Source: Octopus bimaculoides (taxonomy: Eukaryota). Taken from it: DNA of 35,074 nt. Below, piece by piece: positions 11,341 to 21,794 of this stretch; the stretch's first letter is position 1, and every line of letters starts with the position of its first letter. A model generated the notes under the pieces. It made no database searches. It saw nothing but the letters and a program-made list of their open reading frames with translations, and had not been told where the DNA came from. Position numbers and translations under genes: made by a program. The stretch is from the NCBI RefSeq assembly GCF_001194135.2, contig NC_068983.1, forward strand, positions 149,171,932-149,207,005. Direction: 5' to 3'.

Positions 11341-14300
11341 ATGTGTGCACGTATGTGTGCACGTATGTGTGTATGTATGTATGTATGTATGTATGTATGT
11401 ATGTGTGTATGTATGTCTTCTATTTTTTAATCATTATAAATCTCCCACTGAGGAGGGAGCCAGTTTCCAATAAAGAGACAAGACTTCATCTTTACGATGT
11501 AGTTAACATAGGCAAATTCAAATTTGGAACTTGAGGAAAAATTTTGAATATTTTTACTGTTCCATCCACAGATTGCACTTGTAATGTACGAATCAGCCGG
11601 TCTATTTCTCTGTCTGAAAATACCAGTTTATCCAGATTCTCCTTTAAGCGTTTACTAACAAAACCTAGTGCTCCAATTATTATTGGTATGAATATGAATT
11701 CATTGTCTGAATATAGAAGCTGGAGGTTTCGAAGCCGTTGTCCATAGATATCCTCTTTTTCTTTGATTTTCAGAGAGATATTTATATCTGCTGAGCAGCT
11801 GACTTCTGTGACGATACATACCTTTGCCCCTCTATCCCAAATGACAATATATGGCCTGTTATGTTTAAATTTGATAGAAGTTTTCATGGGAATATTCCAC
11901 CAGTATTACTTGAGTTGGTGTTTATGGATGTATTCCATAATAAGGGGATTTTCGAAGGTTACTTCTGGATAGTCTTTCTTGCGGATGGCGTTGTAAATTG
12001 TTTTAGCGACAACATCGTGCTGCATAGGGAGGTAGTACCGTGACGACATTTTAGGACAGCTGCTAATCACATGCGTGATGTCTGCCACAGAAACATGACA
12101 TAGCCTACACATGCGGTTCCACCTTGTGATTACAAGAGTGCCGCTGTCTCTTTTGTTCCCCAGGAACTTTGTGGCAATCTCTTGCTCCTGGATTGCAAAC
12201 GCATAGCCTTCAAAGTGTGATATGATGTAGTTATCTTGTGTCCACGAGAGGCAGCGCTTCGCGTCAATTCTACTGTTTTTTTCAAGCTTCCGGGCAACAT
12301 AACCATGCATAGTCTTTTTTTTTTTTTTGTATTCTGAGTGCTTTGCATACAAGTCTTCTCTGAGGTAAGAGAGCCCAGCTGTTTTGATCAGCTGAAAATG
12401 TTATTAATTCAAGGCGGCGAGCTGGTAGAAACGTTAGCACGCCGGGCGAAATGTTTAGTGGTATTTCGTCTGTCTTTACGTTCTGAGTTCAAATTCCGCC
12501 GAGGTCGACTTAGCCTTTCATCCTTTCGGGGTCGATTAAATAAGTACCAGTTACACACTGGGGTCGATGTAATCGACTTAATCCCTTGTTTGTCCCTTCT
12601 ATGTTTAGCCCCTTGTGGGCAATAAAGAAATATGAAAATGTTATTAATTCCAGTTGTATTTTGGCATTGCTAACACTTTTAGCATAAATCTTGAAGTCGT
12701 CTACGAAGAAATTATGAGTTACATTGATATTTCTAGCAGTTGACTGATATTAGCATGTAACCATTTGTTTTCTGCAGTAAGAACGAAAATGGATTCAGTG
12801 CCAAAATGAAAAGAAGTACAGAAAGGCTATCTTCCTGAAATATTCCCTATATTATCTGAAACAATTATTCTGTTCTCAGTTGGAAGGGTGAGAACTGTTG
12901 TCCACTCCTTTGGGAGTCTCTCTATGGCAGCAATTAGGGTGGTGGGTACTTTTGTCAGATGTAGGCACTTGAACAGCTATGAATAAAGGATAGAGTCGAA
13001 TACCTTCTTATAGTCAAGTCATACTGTCACAAGGTGTCTGTGCTGTTTTCTTACTTCAGACAATACAGCTTTCACTGTTAGTGTTGGCACAGCATTCTGT
13101 TAGTGTTGGCACAGCATTCTTTCTCAATCGTATTTAACTATGGTGCATTCAGGTTGAAATCCCTCCTTTCGTTCCAAATTTTTTATCAGAATGATTGTAG
13201 ATCTTGGGAAGGAGTTTTTTATTAATGGCAATGTTTTCCTTCCTCGTCTCTCTGTATAATGCTTATGGGTTGGAAGCAAACTTGCGATTGATACTCGCTC
13301 GTTCAAAAATTCGCATGCGATAGCGGAGTTACTCGCTCATCGTCTTGAGTTCATGCTTGAAAGTGATTGACTTTCCTTCAAGAGCTCGGTGTGAAGAGCT
13401 ACCATAGAGTTTCGTTAATTTTTGTCTAAGGTACAGTTGGTGAGGTGTAAAGTCATTTTTCACCTTACGTTTTATCGTTGTAGTTAACCATCCGATATGG
13501 CGGCGTACGTTGTTGATGTTTTCTTCAAGTTTTGTTTTCCTGCTAGGTTGTTTCCGTTTAGTAATTTCGTTACTTTGTTTACTGTAGATTTCTCTTAGGT
13601 GTTCTTTAAGAGTAATAGTAACTGTGTATATAAGAGTATTTATATTCCAGTAATTAACTTCACATGATTTCATGTGCTCTCCAGCGACATCGTTTATAAC
13701 TTTAAACATTTGATCGGTCGGATTTTTTCTCACTCTTGTTGGGAATTGTCTGTTGCTCAACGAAAGCTTCGAGAAAGTGGCAAATTTTTTTGCGAATTTT
13801 AATTTTAAAATGTTTTTTTGTTGGATGTATTCCGCAGTCTTCGCTACTGAGTCAGCTAAGTTTGGAGACACACTCGAATTTAGCGATGGCGGGAGCGATG
13901 GTTTGTTTACGTTATTNNNNNNNNNNNNNNNNNNNNNNNNNNNNNNNNNNNNNNNNNNNNNNNNNNNNNNNNNNNNNNNNNNNNNNNNNNNNNNNNNNNN
14001 NNNNNNNNNNNNNNNNNNNNNNNNNNNNNNNNNNNNNNNNNNNNNNNNNNNNNNNNNNNNNNNNNNNNNNNNNNNNNNNNNNNNNNNNNNNNNNNNNNNN
14101 NNNNNNNNNNNNNNNNNNNNNNNNNNNNNNNNNNNNNNNNNNNNNNNNNNNNNNNNNNNNNNNNNNNNNNNNNNNNNNNNNNNNNNNNNNNNTTAGTTGC
14201 TGGGTCCAAGTAAAATAAGAAGAGTACTTACGTCTTCTTCAATTACTTACTGCTTAAGTAGTTGTTTTCATTGGCGGTAACGTTGTTAGTTTCATCTGTG

Positions 14301-14510
14301 GTGATGTTAGTTTCAGCCATAATCGTGTTATCGAGATTCCATGTGGTGTAGATGTATATTTTAAAGGTGTTTCTCTTATTAATTATTGGAGAAATAAACC
14401 AGTTACCAATTTAGGTTGGAGAAGTCGGCATATTTCTAGAGGAAGGCGTTCAAAACGGACATTTTAAACGATCCTCTACACCTGTACGTCCAATGTTGAC
14501 GGCTCCATAA
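11341..14510 (-). mobile_element. R4/Dong-like non-LTR retrotransposon, copy B, near full-length but decayed with internal deletions
   Basis: N-terminal region INTLIYTV...KLEENINNVRRHIGWL. RT pieces V*LDYKKVFDS and HNFFVDDFKIYAK. CCHC knuckle CRLCHVSVADITHVISSCPKMS...HDVVAK. REL domain HNRPYIVIWDR...EVSCSAD.NI..K.KEKE. (ACAT)n tail at 11341-11416. The 5' boundary is inferred. Confidence 0.85.
12411..12632 (+). mobile_element. Full-length tRNA-derived SINE family B with perfect 18-bp TSD, inserted into the RT of R4/Dong copy B
   Basis: A-box GAGCTGGTAGAAACG and B-box GAGTTCAAATTCC. TGAAAATGTTATTAATTC occurs at 12393-12410 and 12633-12650. Confidence 0.92.
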
Positions 14511-15289
14511 GTATGTACGTATGTATGTATTTGGGGCATATGTATGTATGTACGCATATCACGAGTACACAGAAATTCCGAAATAGTGTCCGGCGTGCTA
14601 GAAGACCACTGGGAGTGAAGGACCTCTCAGCTTCTGTTGAAGCATGTCTCTAGCGGAAGATTACTTTGATATAAAACCAGATATGCAGGGAATGGCATTG
14701 GACATTTTGGGGATCTTTGGTTTTTGCTAGACATCATGGCGCTCCCACATCCCTGAGTCTGCAACTCATATTGGCACCAGACATCTCGCTCTGGTTTGTC
14801 TCTGGATAATGTCAATAGAGTGGAGAGGATCTATGAGGTCTCGTGCAAGCCTTATTGGATCTAAAACTCTGCACAGGCATTGCTGACCTCTGCTCGATAT
14901 GTGCTGCTTTTTTTTTCCTATATATATTTATTTTATTTTCAGTATATATATATCTTTATTTTTAGCATATATTTATTTACTTTTAGTATATACTTATTTT
15001 ATTTTTATTCGGAAGTTCTGCGGCGATGGGAAGGTGGTAAAGCATGCAGACTTAACGGGTTGGAAGTATGTAATCAGCGACCTGCATATAGGCAGCCCAT
15101 GCTAGATATAAAGTCGTCTCCTTGTCGACCAAAACAGTGATAGGATTCGGTTGCTGCTAGGTGTCTGAGCAACTCCATTTGGAAAGGTCACAGCTCATCC
15201 GGAGGCCCGAGAGGTTCTAGAAAAGGTGAACCAAAAATTGCCTGTCTTTCTATATCTGGTCAGTTTAGCGCGACTGGCGGGTGTCCACC

Positions 15290-15738
15290 TTGCGCTCGAA
15301 AAACAAAGAGACTGTTTTTTTACAAAATCTGGATGGAACTTGAACATTTTACTTGGCCGCTCTGAAGCATTTGCGAGGTGCAGTGAAAACGCCCCGACCT
15401 GTGAAAAAGTGGAGAGTGGTGGTTTCATCACGACAACGTGCCTGCGCACACAGCCTTGAGTGTTGTGAGACAGTTTTTGACCAAAAATGGCATGACCCCG
15501 CTTATCCACGCCGCAACCTTTTTTTGTTTCTCCGAATGAAAAAAATCCTTAAGGCAAAACGTTTTGCAGATGTGGAAGAGCATCACTTCGCACTGATTCG
15601 AACAGAGGAAAACACGTCTGGACCGATGCATGGCTTCAAATGGAGAATACTTTGAAGGCGGTAAAAGTATAAACTTATAAAACTAAATGAATAAAATAAT
15701 ATTGCAAAATTCCGGTGTCTTTTGGGTACCCCCTCGTA
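15290..15738 (+). mobile_element. mariner (DD34D) transposon 3' remnant with terminal inverted repeat
   Basis: FYLAALKHLRGAV / RPDLWKSGEWWFHHDNVPAHTAL / FLFLRMKKILKAKRFADVEE / RLDRCMASNGEYFEG. Ends AAATTCCGG...TTTGGGTACCCCCTCG-TA, a mariner-type TIR plus TA. Confidence 0.88.
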
Positions 15739-15744
15739 GATTGA

Positions 15745-17150
15745 TTTGGCTCCCTTATTGCGGACATCTTGCTTACTACTGATAATTCCAATTCAATTGT
15801 CATTTCACTGTCTCTCTTTGAGCTTTCTACCCACGATCCCAAATATTTGGTATCGTTTACACGTTCCAAGTTTTCACACCTTGATGCTATAACGTGTTCT
15901 ATTGCTTGACTGGGAACCATAAACTCAGTTTTATAGTCATCAACGCGTTATCCGATATGTTTTGCAGTCTTCTGAGCATATTGAAGTGGTAGTTGAGCTT
16001 TTTTTTTTATCTTCTATTATCTGCCTAATGTATCAGAAATAATAGTTGCAGAATGACGTCTGCTTTATTGCGGAGCTAGCTGTATACCTGTTTCTTCAGC
16101 ATTTGGTGTTAAAATTCGTAATGAGCTGTCTAAAAATGTAATGAAGAGGAAAGGTGCAAGAGATTTGACTCGCAGGACTTCTATCAGGATCTTAATGAAA
16201 TTTATATGACCATCAAGAGATAAAACCTGGACAACATTATCTTTGTAGAGAATGTTCATTGCATCTCTAGTGACGCCTGCAATACCATATACCCTGAGAA
16301 TTTACGTCAGTTTGACCCGATGGGTTGAATTGAAATATTTGCTAAAGTCAACAAATCCTATGACAGCTTTTAGGCTTTGATCTTTGGGCACTTCAATATT
16401 TGAGATAATGTTGAATCGCAAATGAAGGAAATCCTCCTTTTTGTGTAACAGTTGCTAAACAATAACACCTAAGACATTTGTGTCCGTAGTCATCTGGTTT
16501 CCAGATTGCAAATGGCGGGCTGAAGTGTAATAAATATTAGATTGCTCAAATTGTTGATTAACAGCTTCGGCCTCGTTCCCGTCACTACTCATAAGAGCTG
16601 GATGGAATTGTCTTTGAATATCCGATTAAAAGCTTTGATTAAAATTTCGTTCAACACCTGTTTATTATTTCTTCTACTTTGAATTTGATTCTGATAACCA
16701 AACATATTTTTCAAAAGTTCCACTATTATATCAGTTTTCATGAACTAGTTTCGCATTCTCTCTTCGAGAACAGCTGTGATGACTAATGATATGATATCTT
16801 TCAGCTTTTGCCAACAGAGTTTTCAGCAAGAAAAGACCAAATAAAATGATTAAATTCTACCATCACTTCGCCACGGTTAGCAGCATGCATTCTAATTAAA
16901 TTGATAGAATGCGGCAATAATTGCATAATTAGAAATGTGAGATCGTCTGTTTTATAATGGCATTTCATCCTTAACAAGTTGATCCAAAATGATTGCATCA
17001 TCCTTTTGGCATTCTTTTGTTTTAATTGGATAAATTCATGAAAATACTCTTATAAAAATAATCGTCTCCTTAAAATTGATATCAGAATAACGAACTGATT
17101 CTGCCAATTGCTCGTGATCTGTCTGATTTTGAGTAGAGACAAACAGAAAG
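15745..17150 (-). mobile_element. Decayed RTE-X-like LINE reverse transcriptase fragment
   Basis: FVDFSKYFNSTHRVK...YGI; NILYKD...LDG...VLRVKSLAPFLFITFLD; KTEFMV...LERVNDTKYLGSWVESSKRD. The 5' boundary is uncertain. Confidence 0.7.
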
Positions 17151-17495
17151 ACAAGATATTTGGCTTTATGATAGAGTGCTATATAGCAATGTATGGTGAA
17201 AAGTAGAAGTTATCGTGTGAGTGCATTCATTTAAATATTAACAGTGAGAAATATGATATTATCCAAGGGGTTTTTTCTCCACATTTTTGTGGTGCGCTTC
17301 CATGAGAAAATCAAAGTTTTGTCAACAATAAAATTTTCGAAACTGTTTTCCTGTTCCTAAACTGTTTAAATTATGAACTTGAATGTTCCTAGTCACTATG
17401 CTAGGCAAAATGTTTTGTTGTTAAACTTTTAACCAAGGGAGAATACTGCAAACGTTTCAGTATTTTTAATGTAATTTGAACTTGACGATCTATAT

Positions 17496-17585
17496 CATAC
17501 ATACATACAGACATACATACATACATACACACACACAACACACACACCTACATACATACATACATACATACATACATACATACAT
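17496..17585. repeat. (CATA)n microsatellite; a second tract lies at 17903-17931
   Basis: Direct reading. Confidence 0.95.
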
Positions 17586-17902
17586 GAGATGGCTGCCCCC
17601 TCGTTATCAAGTATGGTCATTGCATGAAGCTTAACTTAACGGTGCTGTGATCGAATGTGACTTTTTAGCCCAGCCAAAGATCTACAATGTCTTGCACAGA
17701 GTTGGCATCCAAAACCTTTACTGGCAATAGCTGGCTGTTGTTGTAATTGGGCTCCATGTACCTTTGCGTGTCGTTTAACTCCTCCTGCTGAATCACACTC
17801 CCTTCCACATGCCCGACAGACATGATTAGTATGGTGTGTAGCATCATCACCAGCGGCCTGGTAGTCAATCATCGGTCTTGCTTTATGACTACGAAGATGA
17901 CT
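17586..17902 (-). mobile_element. 5'-truncated 3' end of an RTE-type LINE encoding two C2H2 zinc fingers
   Basis: CRACGRECDSAGGVKRHAKVH (Cx2Cx12Hx3H) and CQLCARHCRSLAGLKSHIRSQH resemble the C-terminal finger of RTE-BovB ORFs. There is no TGEKP linker. A short 3' UTR is followed by (TATG)n. Confidence 0.7.
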
Positions 17903-17932
17903 CATACATACATACATACATATATATACATA

Positions 17933-18070
17933 CCAGAGAGGGGACTCTGGTATGCATGGGCAACTGCTAGTCTTCCATAAACAACTTTTCCCGGGCTTGC
18001 GCCTGAGAGGGGGGGCTTTCTAGGTGCAATCCTATAATTATTCATGACCGAAGGGGGTCTTTGCCCTTTT
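17933..18070 (+). mobile_element. 3' half of a further SINE family (5'-truncated)
   Basis: GGTATGCATGGGCAACTGCTAGTCTTCCATAAACAAC...CTAGGTGCAATCC...CATGACCGAAGGGGGTCTTT matches my recollection of an octopus SINE 3' region. Not database-checked. Confidence 0.5.
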
Positions 18071-18084
18071 TTTACACTTCATTC

Positions 18085-21068
18085 CTAAGTGCAAACGCAA
18101 CATGCCGAATATAGTATGTTTAAACCTCTTCCTCCAGGACCATTTTGAAACCAATAACATTATCACAGCAGAACAAGCAGCTGGGAAGAAGGACGTTTGG
18201 GGATGTGCTGAGCAATTGTCAATCAACAAAACTGTGATGTCAGAGGTTCGAAAGCATAGGAGGAATCTAGTTTCAATGTGGCTAGACTACAAGAAAGCCT
18301 TTGACACTCTTCCCCACTCATAGATGCTAGAAGCCCTTCAACTTGCTAAAGTTCCCGTAAGAATAGTCAAAGCTATAGCTGACCTGACTTCATCGTGGGC
18401 TACCATGTTGAAATTAAATACAAAGGGTGACTGTACTATCACCGATACAATATAGTATTGCAAAGGCATATTCCAAGAAGACAGCCTCGCTGTGATGTTG
18501 TTTATACTTTCTGTAAACCCCTTGTCGTTCAGGTTAAGGAAGTCTGAAATATATCTCACTGGTTCACAAGGAAACAGAAATATCAAAATTACATACTGTT
18601 TCGTTGTGGATGACTTAAAACTCTGTGCAAAGAATATGCATAAGATGAAAAAGAGCCTTGACCTAGTTACAACATTCTCAAAAGTTGTAGGGTTGGAGTT
18701 TGGTCAGGATAAATGTTACATGGTTGTGAAAAGGGAGAATACTGTAAACTAGATTAGTAACATCTCCATCAATAATTTGACTGTTTCTCCTGCATCTGAT
18801 GAGGAATGTTACAGGTGTCTAAGGATGGATGAAAATAAATCTTACCATGGCACCTGTAACGAAACACGTGTCACTAAAGAATACTACAGCCGAATAAAGA
18901 AAATTTGGACCTCAGAATTCTCTGTATTCAATAAAACAGTAGCTCACAATGTGTTTGAGCCGCTTCATTGGACGCTTGATGAGATCCGAGTGCATCTCTT
19001 GACCAAATTTGCATACATGAGGCTGATAACATCATAAGACTTGGAAGGCAGCTCCTTGAGCAACACTCTTTGTCTGATAACCTAGAATACATGCCCAAAG
19101 AAATCGCATGACTCTACCGCAACATATCAGATGAAAGGATAAGCCTATATGAGCAGAAGACTATACATGGATATGTTAGTAGAAAGCTCCGTGATGATAG
19201 TAACATTGATCATCAAAGCAGTTTATCATGGACCNNNNNNNNNNNNNNNNNNNNNNNNNNNNNNNNNNNNNNNNNNNNNNNNNNNNNNNNNNNNNNNNNN
19301 NNNNNNNNNNNNNNNNNNNNNNNNNNNNNNNNNNNNNNNNNNNNNNNNNNNNNNNNNNNNNNNNNNNNNNNNNNNNNNNNNNNNNNNNNNNNNNNNNNNN
19401 NNNNNNNNNNNNNNNNNNNNNNNNNNNNNNNNNNNNNNNNNNNNNNNNNNNNNNNNNNNNNNNNNNNNNNNNNNNNNNNNNNNNNNNNNNNNNNNNNNNN
19501 NNNNNNNNNNNNNNNNNNNNNNNNNNNNNNNNNNNNNNNNNNNNNNNNNNNNNNNNNNNNNNNNNNNNNNNNNNNNNNNNNNNNNNNNNNNNNNNNNNNN
19601 NNNNNNNNNNNNNNNNNNNNNNNNNNNNNNNNNNNNNNNNNNNNNNNNNNNNNNNNNNNNNNNNNNNNNNNNNNNNNNNNNNNNNNNNNNNNNNNNNNNN
19701 NNNNNNNNNNNNNNNNNNNNNNNNNNNNNNNNNNNNNNNNNNNNNNNNNNNNNNNNNNNNNNNNNNNNNNNNNNNNNNNNNNNNNNNNNNNNNNNNNNNN
19801 NNNNNNNNNNNNNNNNNNNNNNNNNNNNNNNNNNNNNNNNNNNNNNNNNNNNNNNNNNNNNNNNNNNNNNNNNNNNNNNNNNNNNNNNNNNNNNNNNNNN
19901 NNNNNNNNNNNNNNNNNNNNNNNNNNNNNNNNNNNNNNNNNNNNNNNNNNNNNNNNNNNNNNNNNNNNNNNNNNNNNNNNNNNNNNNNNNNNNNNNNNNN
20001 NNNNNNNNNNNNNNNNNNNNNNNNNNNNNNNNNNNNNNNNNNNNNNNNNNNNNNNNNNNNNNNNNNNNNNNACATGCTCGAAATGTACATACATCAAGGT
20101 ATATTTGTAGAAAATTTCACGAAAAAATATTAATTTTCCTGGAAGTTAAGAAGAATTTAAGTGGACTCTGTTGGAATTTCCGAAATTTGTCCCCCACCCC
20201 CATTCCAAAACACTTTCACCGGAATCTACATAATAAATACTATATGCATAGAAAATTTCATTAAAAAATATTCATTTTTCTGAAAGTTATGACCTTCCAA
20301 AGTCTGGGGGGTACAACTCTGTAGTTATGCCGACAACTGATGCAGACTTTGTGGAGTTCAAACTGAAGATATCACCCACATCATAAGCAGTTGTCCGAAA
20401 ATGTCGATGACAACCGATGAGACATGATGTTGTAGTTAGGACACTCTATAATGAAATCTGTCGGAAGGATAATCCCTAGGACAAAGAAATAAGAACCTAC
20501 GATATGGTAGAAGCCATAGCCACTCATAATAAGAAGGATTACTTGTGGAATGTACCAGTGAAGACCTCAATAAAATGTAAGCACAACAGACCTGATATAA
20601 TGATTAGGGATTGAGAAGAGAAACTGTGCACAATTGTGGAAATTAGCTGCCCAGCGGATGTTAACATAAGGCTGAAGATCAGTGAAAAAGAGAACACCTA
20701 TGCCTTACTATTGAGAATCTGCAGTTACTCTATCCAGATTACAAATTCAGGTTTATACCTGTAATAACTGGGGGCTTGGGATATGTAACGCACTGCCTGA
20801 ATACCAAAATTGAGAAATTAGGCTTCTCAAAACCAGAAAGGAGAAAGCTAATTCAAAGACTACAGATCCAATCTATCGCTGGAACTGTAAAAATCTGTAA
20901 AAGTAAAACTTTCCAGAAGTTTATCATTTAAATATATATGAGCCTGTCTAGATATGCAACTGTACGCATGAGAATACATACATAAAACATAAAAATGTGC
21001 ACGTACATACATAAAACATAAAAATGTGCACGTACATACATACATACATACATACATACATACATACA
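18085..21068 (+). mobile_element. R4/Dong-like non-LTR retrotransposon, copy C (5'-truncated, decayed, interrupted by a gap and an insertion)
   Basis: RT: EQAAGKKDVWGCAEQLSINK...WLDYKKAFDTLPHS, GIFQEDSL..LFILSVNPLSF, FVVDDLKL.AK, FG.DKC. After the gap: CRLCGVQTEDITHIISSCPKMS, MRHDVV, KHNRPDI, EISCPADVNI. The 3' part is very similar to copy A. (ACAT)n at 21034-21068. Confidence 0.88.
20072..20318. repeat. Unclassified non-LINE insertion inside R4/Dong copy C, with an internal ~41-bp imperfect direct repeat
   Basis: TAGAAAATTTCA..AAAAAATATT.ATTTT.CTG.AAGTTA at about 20108-20148 and 20249-20289. R4 coding sequence resumes at about 20325. Confidence 0.55.
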
Positions 21069-21720
21069 ACAAAGGTGTTGAAATCCGTCCAATATCTCAA
21101 CAGTTCTCTTATTGAAAGAATGTGTTTCATCTTTGTTTTTGTTTGTTTGTTTGTTTTTTTGTTTTTTGTTTTTTTTTGTTTGTTTGCTGGAGTAGTCATC
21201 CTTGCTGGCAGGTCAGTCCCTCCCAGCACGCAGCAGTCAGTTACACTTACCCAAAATTATCTATTTTATCGATTTACAACAATATGGATAAATATTTTGA
21301 TCATGAACACAACACACACCAATTCACCTTGGTGCTAACAGTCACATATCTATTATAAACAATGTAGATAAAGTAATAATTATTTTCTGTATATATTTTT
21401 CCAAACAATTTTGTTTTGTAAATTATGTGATCAGTAGATTTTTGGAATGATTTTATAATTTTTATTTCATTTATAATAATTTTAAAATTGTATATATTCG
21501 TATAGCCTGAATTATTCGCAAACATTCTAAAAGTTGAGATACATGGCCACTGTATATCAACTACAAAGAAAAATTTTAAAAGTCATTACCAAATTTTAAC
21601 ACAGTCGAAGTTTATCAACATCAAAATGCACTTTTTACATGTTTTCAAATTACTTAATATTTAGAAATGCTTTTTATAAGCTACATCTCGCATTTTTTAT
21701 CTCATCATAACCATTTCCAT

Positions 21721-21737
21721 GTATTTACTTTCCATAG
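21721..21737 (+). promoter_or_regulatory. Candidate 3' splice acceptor for the GPCR exon
   Basis: GTATTTACTTTCCATAG|ATA: pyrimidine tract plus AG. The frame is open from 21738 into the GPCR, and the TAG itself is an in-frame stop. Confidence 0.6.
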
Positions 21738-21794
21738 ATAATTTTTGAACCTGCAACAAGTTCATTTGTTTCCTTGAACGAAAACAAGTCAACG

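Noticed and set aside
12411-12500. tRNA-like sequences with A/B boxes (also 3340, 6317, 7801)
   Set aside because: They are SINE heads: repeated, continuing into SINE bodies, and without a complete cloverleaf that I could build.
14560-15290. GC-richer segment that may be another transposon fragment
   Set aside because: No motif was recognised in any frame, so it is left unannotated.
17636-17917. Possible member of the expanded cephalopod C2H2-ZNF gene family
   Set aside because: Only two fingers, no TGEKP linker, RTE-like finger wording, and the apparent start lies inside a microsatellite.
19149-20264. Long ORFs of 290-370 aa (also 13736-14218 and 6080-6423)
   Set aside because: Their length comes from N-gaps translated as X.
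20108-20289. Repeat-spacer-like pattern (CRISPR-like)
   Set aside because: Only two imperfect copies about 140 bp apart, a eukaryotic context and no cas genes.
21122-21217. CAG|GTCAGT donor at 21212 as the GPCR's upstream coding exon
   Set aside because: The in-frame upstream sequence is (GTTT)n repeat with no in-frame ATG.
21774-21794. ORF-track start of the GPCR at 21774
   Set aside because: The codon is TTG. In this eukaryotic context the start is either ATG 21795 or in an upstream exon.
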